In this document: positions 40,525 through 50,667 of the stretch, piece by piece | Layout of the letters: each line of letters starts with the position of its first letter | Numbering within the stretch: position 1 is the stretch's first letter | Notes under the pieces: model-generated | Told to the model about the DNA's origin: nothing | Seen by the model: the letters and a program-made list of their open reading frames with translations, nothing else | Database searches by the model: none | Made by a program: the position numbers and the translations under genes | Assembly: GCA_963761305.1 (NCBI GenBank) | Contig: CAVXGK010000002.1 | Location: 192,001-256,000, forward strand | Direction: 5' to 3' | Source: an uncultured Gemmatimonadaceae bacterium | GTDB lineage: Bacteria; Gemmatimonadota; Gemmatimonadetes; Gemmatimonadales; Gemmatimonadaceae | Length of the DNA: 64,000 nucleotides

Positions 40525-42861
40525 GTGAGCGACGATCCCGCAGTGCGGTGGCGCCAGGCCCCTAACTGGGCGATCCGGATCGACCCAGCACGCGGCGACT
40601 ACTGGGAGACCGGGCACATTAACGATGTGGCAGTCCCGTCTAATGGGCCGTTGATCGTCGGCTCGCAAAGCGGTGGCGTCTGGTCCGTGTCGCCCGATGG
40701 TACCTCGGCGGTGCCGCTCTCTGACAGCTGGGATGTTCCCGACATCAACTGCGTGGCGTTCGGGCAGGACGGAGACAACCACGTTTTCGCCGGCGGGGGT
40801 TCCCAGAGCCGTAGTGCCCTCCATGTCACTGATCCCTCGGCTCCGGCGCCGCTGTTCGCGTGGCATGAGATCGCTTCTATCCAAACGCTCAAACCCGGAC
40901 AGATCTACTCAGTCGCCGTGCTACACGCTCCGCGCCGGATCGTGGTGGCCTGTGATGCTGGGCTACTCTGGGCCGAGGTCCCGCCGGCCGGTCCGCCGGC
41001 CCCCGGTTGTCTTGCCGCCCTGCTGGGGCTTGGCTCTGCGACCCCGTGGACGGACGCGTTCACATGGAAACCCGCGCGCGATGGCGACGGAACGTTCAAT
41101 GGCGCGATGTTCTCCGTCGTGATCGGGAGCAGCAACGCCAACCGCCAAGGACGGCCCGAGGGACTGGTCGGCACGACCGTTGTTTCGGGAGCAATGGGCA
41201 GCGACAGTTCCCGAGGCCTGTTCGTCGGAGCCTGGGAGGCATCCGGCGATCTCGTGATGCGCCGCGCACATCTGACCGGCCTCGACGACCTCGCGCAGTT
41301 GATGATGGGTGCCGTGTCTATGGACGTGTGCACAGGGCGGCCGTCGCGCTTGTACGCCGCGTGCAGCACTTCAAAAAACGACGGGGACAGTGGTCACCTC
41401 ATGACGGTGATCCGCTCCGACGACGGTGGGCAGAAGTGGGACCTGTGCGGCACGAAGCTCACTGGAACGACGACCGGCACGTTGTTGACGAATGCTGGCG
41501 CACAGGGAGCGAACGGTTGGAACAATTGCGTCGGCGTTTCCCCGATCAACGCGGATTTGGTGGCGGTGGGTTGGGAGTTTGGCCCGTTCGTGTCGGCCGA
41601 CGGCGGCGCCACCTGGTACAAAGCCGAAGGCACCAACCACGCTGACTATCACGCTTTGGTTTGGAGTCCGTCGATCGGCATCACAATCGAAGGTGCTATA
41701 CGGGAACGCCTTTACGTCTGTTCCGACGGCGGGATCATCTCGACCGACGACTTCGGTAAGACGTTCGACGGGTACTACAACAAGAGAATCCACGTATTGC
41801 AATGCTATTCCGCCGATGGTGGAAGGCAGGCGTGGGGATCGATCGGCGCTTCGGCGGCGATGCCCGGTATCCTTGGCGCCGGCACCCAGGACAATGGCAA
41901 CATCTGGTCGCCTGTTGAACCCGGTGCGGATCCCTTCGTGAAGTTGGACAACGGGGACGGTGGGTTCAATTGCTATCTACCGAATGGGTGGGCGTTGCAC
42001 AGCCTTGTTCTCGATGGCTCGGCTGTGATCGCCTCTCGCTGGGACCTGCCGTCGCAGACGTTCGTCGATACCCTCGTTCCGCCCATCAACGGGCCAAAAC
42101 CAGGAGCGGCCAAGGATTCGGCCGGCCTTAAAGGCGTACTCAGTCTCGAACCGGTTCTGCAGCCGCGCTTCAAGCATGGCCGCGAGCTCATGCACGCGAT
42201 TGCAGGCGTTTCGGACGGCGGCACCGGAGGTGACATCTACGGCCTTTTCATCGGCAGCGATCCGAAGACAATGGAGTGGCGATACCTCGGCTCCGTTGGA
42301 GGCGGTCCGTGGTCCGTTGCTTCGGTGGACGGAACCGCGGTCTTTGTTGGCACGGGCAACCGCCGCATTTACAACCTCGATCCGTCCACTGGCGGAGCTG
42401 TCGAATACCTCTACGATCCGAGCCTGAATGCGACTGGCACCATCTATCGAATCGTTGCTTACGGCAACGACCGCGCGTTTGCGATCCAGAACCGGGACAG
42501 CGACGGTGACATCATCGCCCTCCGGGATTTGGTCTGGTCGCCTGCGCGCCTTGGCATCCCCAGCACGGAAGGGGTGTTTTGGGGACTGACTGCCGCTCGC
42601 AACATCGACAATGACGTGCTCATCGCAGTGACGGACGCGAACGCCTGGATCTCCTACGACGAGGCTCGCAGCTGGCGCCGCGCGTCTCAGGGATTGCCCG
42701 CCCGTCCGCACTGTGCGGACGTCCGCTTCGTCCGCAACGACGATGGCAGTCAGCGGCTGCAGCTCGGCACCTACGGTCGCTCGACGTGGGTCGCAGACTT
42801 GCTCCCGGACTCAGACGGACAAGTCAACATTCCCGGCCAGCCGCCGCTGCGGTTTGGCTAG
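40525..42861 (+). CDS. BNR/Asp-box beta-propeller protein
   Basis: RSDDGGQKW, SADGGATW, HADYHAL, STDDFGKTF, GTQDNG, GDGG, terminal GTYGRSTW. Start uncertain. Confidence 0.75.
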   Translation: MSDDPAVRWRQAPNWAIRIDPARGDYWETGHINDVAVPSNGPLIVGSQSGGVWSVSPDGTSAVPLSDSWDVPDINCVAFGQDGDNHVFAGGGSQSRSALHVTDPSAPAPLFAWHEIASIQTLKPGQIYSVAVLHAPRRIVVACDAGLLWAEVPPAGPPAPGCLAALLGLGSATPWTDAFTWKPARDGDGTFNGAMFSVVIGSSNANRQGRPEGLVGTTVVSGAMGSDSSRGLFVGAWEASGDLVMRRAHLTGLDDLAQLMMGAVSMDVCTGRPSRLYAACSTSKNDGDSGHLMTVIRSDDGGQKWDLCGTKLTGTTTGTLLTNAGAQGANGWNNCVGVSPINADLVAVGWEFGPFVSADGGATWYKAEGTNHADYHALVWSPSIGITIEGAIRERLYVCSDGGIISTDDFGKTFDGYYNKRIHVLQCYSADGGRQAWGSIGASAAMPGILGAGTQDNGNIWSPVEPGADPFVKLDNGDGGFNCYLPNGWALHSLVLDGSAVIASRWDLPSQTFVDTLVPPINGPKPGAAKDSAGLKGVLSLEPVLQPRFKHGRELMHAIAGVSDGGTGGDIYGLFIGSDPKTMEWRYLGSVGGGPWSVASVDGTAVFVGTGNRRIYNLDPSTGGAVEYLYDPSLNATGTIYRIVAYGNDRAFAIQNRDSDGDIIALRDLVWSPARLGIPSTEGVFWGLTAARNIDNDVLIAVTDANAWISYDEARSWRRASQGLPARPHCADVRFVRNDDGSQRLQLGTYGRSTWVADLLPDSDGQVNIPGQPPLRFG

Positions 42862-43454
42862 GTGCGAACCATGGCGCTCGCGCAGCTTGCGTGTCTCGCT
42901 CGTCACCGCGAGTAGGCCCGCGAAGACGCGCCTGTGGTGATGCACGCGGCACCGGGCCCGCCGCCGCCATCGCGCTATTTTCGCCGCCCACCGCGGATAT
43001 GCGCCCGGTCTCCTGGCCCACTGTCGCGCGCGCGCCACGCCGCGCGATGTTTGATCGTCACCGCCCGACGTTTTGTCGCCATCTGCTCGAAGCCACTCGT
43101 CGACTGCCCGCGTTCAGTCGACGCACGACCGCCCTCATTGCGCGTAGCCCAGCCGCAGGTGCCCGACGGACCATGCGTCGCTCGCCGCAGACCGCGGGAC
43201 CGCGATCCGCTCCCGACCGCAATCCACATTTCAACACCGGAAAGCGCGACCACACCGGATCTGGCGAGCGATGCTCACCGCGGTGTCGGCCCATTCCGCG
43301 GCGGCGGCCTCGAGGACTCATCGATCGCTCGCCACGGACCGCCGAAAAACGACCGATCACCGTCCAGCCGGAGCGCGGGATGAAGTAGACGCCGCGCCAA
43401 CCCGCGGCGCGTCGTCAACGGACCGAACTACGCGCCACAAGTGTTGCGAAGACG

Positions 43455-43517
43455 CAGCAAAGGATCGAACTCTGTGAGCGAACGACCGAACTCACTGAGC
43501 TAACGACCGAACTCCGT
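43455..43517 (+). repeat. 21-bp degenerate tandem repeat x3
   Basis: CAGCAAAGGATCGAACTCTGT / GAGCGAACGACCGAACTCACT / GAGCTAACGACCGAACTCCGT. Confidence 0.75.
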
Positions 43518-43540
43518 CGTCGTCAGACCGCGTTCGCGTC

Positions 43541-44780
43541 TCAGATGTACGCCTGCTCCCCGTGCAGCGATTCGTCGAGCCCGACCGCTTCGTCGGCCTC
43601 TGTGACCGTGACCGGCGTGATGGCTTGGATCGCCGCCAACATCCCGTACGTGAAGATGGCCGCGTAGGCGGCCGCTCCGATGACGGCGAGCGACTCCTTC
43701 ACGAAAAACGCCGAGTTGCCGTGCAGAAGGCCGTCGGCCCCGCCATCCGGGTTCACCGCCTTCGTCGCAAAGATCGCCAGTGCGAAAACGCCGAGCATGC
43801 CGCCCACGCCGTGCACGCCCCAGACGTCGAGCGCGTCGTCCCATTGCATTTTGTTCTTGAGCGAAATGGCATAGTAGCACACGACGCTCGCGGCGATGCC
43901 GATCAGGATCGCCGTCGAGGTGGTCACGTAGCCGGCGGCCGGCGTGATGGCCGCCAGTCCCGCGATCGAACCGGTGAGCAGGCCGAGGAACTTCGGTTTC
44001 CGCTCGTAGGTCCAGGCCAGCGCCAGCCACGTCACCGCGGCGAAGGAGGCGGCGACGTCGGTGTTGAGGAACGCGAGCGCCGTGACCGAATCGACTTTCA
44101 GCTCGCTGCCGGCGTTGAATCCGTACCAACCGAACCAGAGCAGGCCCGTGCCCAGCGCGACGAGCGGAATGCTGTGCAGCCCCGCGTCGGGGACTCGGCG
44201 GCGGCCCGACGAAGAACACAGCGGCCAGCGCCGCAAACCCCGCCGTGGCGTGGACCACGATGCCGCCGGCGAAGTCGAGGACTCCATGTGCCTGGAGGAT
44301 CCCGCCGCCCCAGACCATGTGGGCGACCGGGAAGTACACAAGCAGCAGCCACGCCACGAGAAACAGCAGATACGCCTTGAAGGTCACGCGATTGGCGAAC
44401 GCGCCCGTGATGAGGGCCGGCGTGATCTGCGCGAACATCATTTGATAGGCGATGAACACGATGAGCGGAATCGTCGGCGAGCCGGCAAACGGCGTGAACG
44501 GATCGACGCCGCGGAAGAATGCCAGGTTGAAGTTGCCGATGATGCCGCCGATGTCGGGATTCGTCGCGCTCTGATAGCTCCCGCTGAACGCCATCGAGTA
44601 GCCGCAGACGACCCACAGCACCGTCGTCACGCCCATCGAGACGAAGCTCTGCAGCATGATCGTGAGGACGTTCTTGCGTCCGACGAGGCCTCCGTAGAAA
44701 AACGCGAGGCCGGGCGTCATGAGCATGACCAGGCTCGTCGAGACCAGCATGAACGCGATGTTGCCGGTGTCCCAGTGCAT
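43541..44780 (-). CDS. amtB: Ammonium transporter, +1 frameshift near 44205
   Basis: MTPGLAFFYGG, DFAGGIVVH, LWFGWYGFNAGS, AITPAAG, DDALDVWGVHG, GLDESLHGE. Confidence 0.92.
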
Positions 44781-44955
44781 CCTCTCCCCCGGTTTTTTGT
44801 GTTGTGAGCCGAGGGGAAAGTGACCGCCTTCCGATCGCCCGGCTAGTCGGCGCCCAGGAGGTGCTGGACAACGGTGTTACCGACAGCCACGATCACCAGG
44901 ATTGCCGCGTTACCCGAGGGCGTCACAGGTCGTCGCTGGACGCGCCCCCGCGCGA

Positions 44956-46489
44956 GTGAGCGAGCGACCGGAGACGACCCTGATATTGGACACGACTGCG
45001 ATCGTCATCGGCGCGGGCCCCGCAGGGCTCACGGCCGGTTATCTCCTCGCCAAGGCCGGCGAGCCTGTCGTCGTCCTCGAGAGCGATCCGGAGTACGTCG
45101 GCGGAATCTCGCGCACGGCCGAGCACAACGGCTTCCGATTCGACATCGGCGGACATCGGTTCTTCTCGAAATCCGCCGAGATCGAGGCGTTGTGGACCGA
45201 GCTGCTCGGGGATGAGCTGCTTCAACGCCCGCGGCTCTCACGGATCTACTACAAGAAAAAGTTTCTCGCCTATCCCATTCGCGCCGGCGAGGTGTTGCGG
45301 AAGCTCGGACCCATCGAGGCGGCGCTCGCCGTGGCCTCGTATCTCCGAGCCCGGGCGTTTCCCATCGCGAATCCGCAGTCGTTCGAAGACTGGGTGACCA
45401 ACCAGTTCGGCGAGCGGCTGTATCGCGCCTTCTTCAAGACCTACACCGAAAAGGTGTGGGGCATGAGCTGCCGAGACATCTCGGCCGATTGGGCCGCGCA
45501 GCGAATCAGCGGACTGTCGCTCGCGTCGGCGGTACGACAGGCGCTCTTTCCGCCGCGAGCCGGGAAGAACTCCGCCGGCACGATCAAGACGCTGGTCACG
45601 TCGTTCCGCTATCCGCGGTTCGGGCCGGGCCAGATGTGGGATCGCTGCCGCGACAGAATCGTGGAGCACGGCGGCCAGGTCCTGCTCGGACATCGCGTGA
45701 GCGGCTGCCACTATCTCGGACCCGACGCCGGCTGGGAAGTCACTGCTCGCGACGCCCACGGCGACGAGCACACGTTCCGGGCTCCTCACGTGATCAGCTC
45801 GGCCCCGATTCGTGAGCTGGCGCGCATGATCTCGCCGGCGGTGCCGGCGCGCGTGCTCGCGGCCACCGACGCGCTCAAGTATCGCGACTTTCTCACCGTC
45901 GCATTGATGATGAAGGATCGCACGAACCTGCCGGACAACTGGATCTACGTCCACGATCCCGTCGGTGCGCGTCGGCCGGATTCAGAACTTCAAATCGTGG
46001 TCGCCCGATCTGGTGCCGGATCCGTCGATGGCCTGCTACGGCCTGGAATACTTCTGCTTCGAGGGCGACGGGCTGTGGACGTCCCGCGACGAGGAGTTGA
46101 TCGCGTTGGCCGCTCGCGAGCTCGCCGAGCTCGGACTCGGGTCGCCGGAGGACGTGCGTGACGCGTGCGTCGTCCGGCAACCGAAGGCGTATCCCGTCTA
46201 CGACGCCGACTACGCCGGGCACGTGGCGACGTTCCGAACGGAGCTCGCCGCCAATTATCCCGATCTGCATCTCGTCGGCCGCAACGGCATGCACAAGTAC
46301 AACAATCAGGATCACGCCATGATGACGGCGATCCTGACGGCCAGGAACATCCTGGCCGGGTCGCCTGTGTACGACCCGTGGCGAGTGAACCAGGACGCCG
46401 AGTATCACGAGTCCGGTGCCACGGATATCGAGACGGGCGGTCGCGCCGTTCCACGACCCTTGGCAGCGGCAGCCATACCGTCAGCGTGA
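44956..46489 (+). CDS. NAD(P)/FAD-dependent oxidoreductase (HemY/UGM-like fold), frameshift near 45958
   Basis: GAGPAGLTA, DIGGHRFFSK, YTEKVWG, DNWIYVH, GRNGMHKYNNQDHAM. Confidence 0.85.
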
Positions 46490-48297
46490 ACCGGCCGGTT
46501 TCGCGCGCCGATTCGTGGATTCGAATCGGTCTCGTCGTCGCGGCGGTCGCGCCATTCGTGGGCACGCTCTTCTATGGATTCGTCTATGACGATTCCATGA
46601 TAATCCTGCGCAATCCGGTGCTCGTCGGATGGAAGTCGGTGTTCGACGTGTGGCGACACCCGTATTGGGTGAACGCCGGACCCGGAACGCCGGGGTTGTA
46701 TCGCCCGCTGCTCACGCTGTGCTTCGCGATCCTGGCGAACGGCGCGCACAAGTACGCGATCGCCTATCACCTGTTCGCGGTCGCGCTGCACGTGACGGCC
46801 ACGCTTCTCGTCGCCAGACTGTTGCGACGCGGCGTCGGTCGATGGCCGGCCGCCGGCGGCGCACTGTGGTTCGCCCTTCACCCCGTTCACGTGGAGGCCG
46901 TGGCGAGCGTCGCCAATGTCTCGGAAGTGCTCGTCTGCGTCTGGGCCATTCTGCTCGCGCTCTGGCTGCTTCCACCTCAGGACTCCGCGGACGAGCGATT
47001 CAGTCCTCCGGGATGGAGCAAGGCGATCGTCGCGGTGCTGCTCTACGCGGCCGCACTTTTCTCGAAGGAGTCGGGCGGCGTCGTGCCGGGGCTGGCGCTG
47101 CTGGCGGTGGCCGGCTGGGGAGCACCGGGAACGTTTTCCCTGCGCGACGCGCGTGCACGAGCACTCGGCTGGTCGCGCGTGGTCTCGCTTTGGGTCGGCG
47201 TGCTCGCGAGCGTGGTCGTCATTCGACGACTCGTGTTGGGCGGAGTGGCGGGGCACGTGTCGTTCGCCATCCCGGGCCTGGCCGAGCTCGACGGATGGCA
47301 TCGCATCGTGGCCGTTTTTTCGACTGGTTTGCGGGTGATGCAACTGCTCGTGTGGCCGACGACGCAGTCGCCGGACTACGGGCCGAGCGCTCTTCCTGCC
47401 GGGACCAATGGCTCGCTCGCGGCCGCGGCGACGGCGCTCACGGTTCTCCTGCTGCTGCTTTGGTCATCGCGTCTCGCGTTTCGATCCGACCGGCGCGACG
47501 CGCGACCGTTTGTCGCCGTCGTGTGGTGCTTGCTCGCCTACTTGCCGGCCTCCAACCTGCTCGCCGCAACGGGCGCCATCATCGCGGAACGCACGCTCTA
47601 CATGGCGTCGGTCGGCGTCGCAATGTTGCTGGCGTGGAGTCTGGAGCAGGCGCTGGCCTACGCGGCGGCCAGGCTCGACTCGCCCGCTCGGGTTACCTCG
47701 TCGATCGCCCGCGCTATCCCCGTGTTGGCCGCGAGCACCGTGATCGCGATTTGCGCCCGGAGCTACGTCCAGACGCGCGAGTACTCCCGCGTCTGGCGCG
47801 ACCGCCACTCACTATTCTCGCAAATGGTGAAGGCGGACCCGCTGGACTACCGCGGGTATCAGTTGTTGGCGATCGAGGCCAAGGACGAGCGCCGCTCCGA
47901 CGAATCCGCCCTGTTGTACGCTCGCGCCTATGCCCTCCGACCCTTCGATGAGACGCTTTTGCTCGACTATGGCGGCTACCTGCTCGACACCGGCCGGCGG
48001 CGCTATGCGCTCGCGATGGGCGAGCGGTTGCTGCGCTATCCCGACGCGTGGACCGACCCCGCAGCGATGACTCTCCTTCTCAACGCGACGGCGCAGGTGT
48101 GGGGCGTGGATTCCGTGCTCGCGGCTGCCCGACGACTCGATGCGCGCGCGCCAAGCGCGCGGGCGGCGCTGTTCACGGGCATGGCCTACGACGCCAAGGG
48201 CGATTCAGCGTCGGCGCAGGCGGCGTACCGCGTGGGTCTCTTGCGCGTCCCGTCGGACAGCGCTCTCAACGCGCATCTCGCGGCCCGCGCCCGCTGA
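46486..48297 (+). CDS. TMTC-like (GT-C) membrane glycosyltransferase with a C-terminal TPR-like region
   Basis: FVYDD, YRPL, HPVHVEAV, SKE, AERTLY, VWRD--SLF; GTGA overlap with the upstream gene. Confidence 0.75.
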   Translation: MNRPVSRADSWIRIGLVVAAVAPFVGTLFYGFVYDDSMIILRNPVLVGWKSVFDVWRHPYWVNAGPGTPGLYRPLLTLCFAILANGAHKYAIAYHLFAVALHVTATLLVARLLRRGVGRWPAAGGALWFALHPVHVEAVASVANVSEVLVCVWAILLALWLLPPQDSADERFSPPGWSKAIVAVLLYAAALFSKESGGVVPGLALLAVAGWGAPGTFSLRDARARALGWSRVVSLWVGVLASVVVIRRLVLGGVAGHVSFAIPGLAELDGWHRIVAVFSTGLRVMQLLVWPTTQSPDYGPSALPAGTNGSLAAAATALTVLLLLLWSSRLAFRSDRRDARPFVAVVWCLLAYLPASNLLAATGAIIAERTLYMASVGVAMLLAWSLEQALAYAAARLDSPARVTSSIARAIPVLAASTVIAICARSYVQTREYSRVWRDRHSLFSQMVKADPLDYRGYQLLAIEAKDERRSDESALLYARAYALRPFDETLLLDYGGYLLDTGRRRYALAMGERLLRYPDAWTDPAAMTLLLNATAQVWGVDSVLAAARRLDARAPSARAALFTGMAYDAKGDSASAQAAYRVGLLRVPSDSALNAHLAARAR

Positions 48298-48437
48298 AGC
48301 CCGACGGCCGTCGATTTGGCCTGAAGTCCGAGCTCTGGCTGAGAACGCCGGATTTTGTCGCGGTAGCCTTTGCTTCCCAACGGAACGGCAGAGAATTTTC
48401 GAACCATGACGCTCCTCGCTGACGTAGCGGTGATTCG

Positions 48438-49040
48438 ATGACGTTCCAGTCCGAGATGAGCGACGCGCTGCGCGCGCGGCTCACGACGGTGTGCGTCGAA
48501 GGGTGGACCCTCTGGGATCGGTTCGACGACGAGGTGCGCACGCACCACTTCCATCCCTTCGTGGCGGCGGAGTACGATTCCGTCGTCGACGCATTGATGC
48601 GGCACCGCGGCCCGAATCTTCGATTTCTCGAGTGGGGCGCGGCGACCGGAGTCATCACCATCATCGCCGATCTCCTGGGGTTCGACGCCTACGGCATCGA
48701 GTTGGATCGCGACCTTGTCGCGACGGCGCGCGATCTCGCGAAGAGGTTCGACTCCCGCGCCAAGTTCGTCGCGGGAAGCTTCATGCCGACGGGATACGTG
48801 TGGCGGCCACCGGACGGAGACGGACGTACCGGCACGTTGGGATCGGGGGTGTCGGGCTACCGCGAGCTCGGCCACGCCCTGGATGAATTCGACGTGGTCT
48901 TCGGGTATCCGTGGGATGGAGAGCGCGACCTCATGCTCGACCTGATGAACCGCTACGGCCGCGCCGATGCGACGCTGCTGCTGAACCACGTCAACGACGG
49001 AGTGGTGGCGTATCGTGGCGGGCGCATCGTCGACGCGTGA
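48438..49040 (+). CDS. Class I SAM-dependent methyltransferase-like protein
   Basis: FLEWGAATG (motif I), AYGIELD, FVAGSF, FDVVFGYPW; its stop overlaps the qhpG GTG start. Confidence 0.7.
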   Translation: MTFQSEMSDALRARLTTVCVEGWTLWDRFDDEVRTHHFHPFVAAEYDSVVDALMRHRGPNLRFLEWGAATGVITIIADLLGFDAYGIELDRDLVATARDLAKRFDSRAKFVAGSFMPTGYVWRPPDGDGRTGTLGSGVSGYRELGHALDEFDVVFGYPWDGERDLMLDLMNRYGRADATLLLNHVNDGVVAYRGGRIVDA

Positions 49041-50527
49041 CGCGCCTCGCCGACGTCGCGGTGATTGGAGGCGGGCCGGCGGGATCATCGGCCGCCCGCC
49101 TTCTCGCGTCGTGGGGGCAGTCCGTGATCGTGCTCGCGCGTGCGCCGCGACAGCCGCCGCTGGCTGAGTCACTGCCGCCGAGTTGCGTGAAGCTGTTCGA
49201 CGAGATCGGAGTGCGGGCGGCAATCGATCGCGCCGGATTCATTCGCGCCACGGGCAACACCGTACACTGGGCCGACGGCGCCCGACGCGTCGAGATGTTC
49301 GACCAAGCGGGGCTCGGATATCAGGTCGTCCGCGATCGATTCGACGAGCTGTTGCTCGACGGCGCGCAGGCGGCCGGCGCGTCGGTGGACCGTGACGTCT
49401 CGGTGCGCGAGGCGGAGCGCGAGGGCGATTTGTGGCGCGTGCAGATCGACCGCGCGGACAACGGTGCCGCGGAAACAGTGCGCGCGCGATGGCTTCTCGA
49501 CTGCAGTGGTCGGGCGGGCGTGATGGCCCGGCGAGGTTGGCGGCGCACGGAGTCCGCGGCGCGAACGATTGCTGTCGCAGGCGTATGGGAACGATCCGGC
49601 GCCTGGCCGCTCGAGGACGCGACGCACACGTTCGTGGAGAGCTACGAGAACGGATGGGCCTGGTCGATCCCCGTGTCCGCATCGCGCCGGTTCGTCACGG
49701 TGATGCTCGATCCGCGCGTGACGACGTTGCCGGGTCGATCGGAGCTCGCCGCCGCGTACCACGCTGAGATCGCGCGCGCGACGGCGCTGCGTACTCTCAT
49801 AGACGGCGCAACGATCGTGGATGCGCCCTGGGCGTGCGACGCCACGCCGTACTCGGCGACCCGCGTTGCCGGCGACGGAGTGCTGCTCGTTGGCGACGCC
49901 GCGTCGTTCGTCGATCCGCTGTCGTCGTTCGGCGTGAAGAAGGCGCTGGCCTCGGCGTGGCTGGCGGCGGTCGTCGTGCACACCGCGCTCGTCGACCCCG
50001 CGACGACCGATGCAGCGCTCGAGCTGTTCACCGCGCGCGAGGTCGCGATGGCCGAGCATCTGCGGCAGGGAGCGGCGGCCCTCGCGCGCGACGCGGCGGG
50101 CGCGCACGAGACTTCGTTCTGGTCCGCGCGAGCCGATCGAGACGCGTCGCCGCCGAGCGACGAGTGGGATGTCGACGCGCTGCGTACGGACAAACGCATC
50201 CAAACAGCGTTCGAGGATCTGAAGCGGCAGCCGGTCTTGCGGCTGCAACTGGCCGGCTCGCTCGAGTTCGTCCGCCGGCCGGTCGTACGCGGCCATCGCA
50301 TCGCACTCGAGGAGCACCTGTCGGCGCCGACGTCTGCGAACGCCGTTCGGTACTGCCGCAACGTCGATCTCGTGGTCTTGGCGCGCCTCGCTCCGGAGTT
50401 CGAGCAGGTGCCAGACCTCTTCGACGCGTACAACCGCGCCGCCGGCCCCGCGCCGCTCCCGGACTTCCTCGGCGCGCTGTCGACGCTCGTCGGATTCGGC
50501 ATGCTCACTGCGGCAGACGGCGCTTGA
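49037..50527 (+). CDS. qhpG: FAD-dependent monooxygenase (QhpG-like, CTQ tryptophan hydroxylase)
   Basis: VIGGGPAG, ESLPP, RDRFDELL, DCSGR, GWAW, GDAASFVDPLSSFGV; C-terminal extension; adjacent to qhpA. Confidence 0.8.
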   Translation: MTRLADVAVIGGGPAGSSAARLLASWGQSVIVLARAPRQPPLAESLPPSCVKLFDEIGVRAAIDRAGFIRATGNTVHWADGARRVEMFDQAGLGYQVVRDRFDELLLDGAQAAGASVDRDVSVREAEREGDLWRVQIDRADNGAAETVRARWLLDCSGRAGVMARRGWRRTESAARTIAVAGVWERSGAWPLEDATHTFVESYENGWAWSIPVSASRRFVTVMLDPRVTTLPGRSELAAAYHAEIARATALRTLIDGATIVDAPWACDATPYSATRVAGDGVLLVGDAASFVDPLSSFGVKKALASAWLAAVVVHTALVDPATTDAALELFTAREVAMAEHLRQGAAALARDAAGAHETSFWSARADRDASPPSDEWDVDALRTDKRIQTAFEDLKRQPVLRLQLAGSLEFVRRPVVRGHRIALEEHLSAPTSANAVRYCRNVDLVVLARLAPEFEQVPDLFDAYNRAAGPAPLPDFLGALSTLVGFGMLTAADGA

Positions 50528-50546
50528 CGGCTTGACGTCTACACCA

Positions 50547-50586
50547 CCGGTCCACCGGTCCACCGGTCCACCGGTCTACCGGTCCA
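50547..50586 (+). repeat. Octamer tandem array (CCGGTCYA)x5
   Basis: Read directly; ends 4 nt before TTGACA. Confidence 0.95.
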
Positions 50587-50590
50587 CCGC

Positions 50591-50619
50591 TTGACAGCAT
50601 CGGGGCCGGGGCGTATCCC
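50591..50619 (+). promoter_or_regulatory. Putative sigma70 promoter for the qhpA operon
   Basis: TTGACA-N17-TATCCC upstream of qhpA. Confidence 0.45.
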
Positions 50620-50667
50620 GTAGGGCACCTGGGAGCGTGTCACTTCCACCCCAAGCACCTTCAGGTC

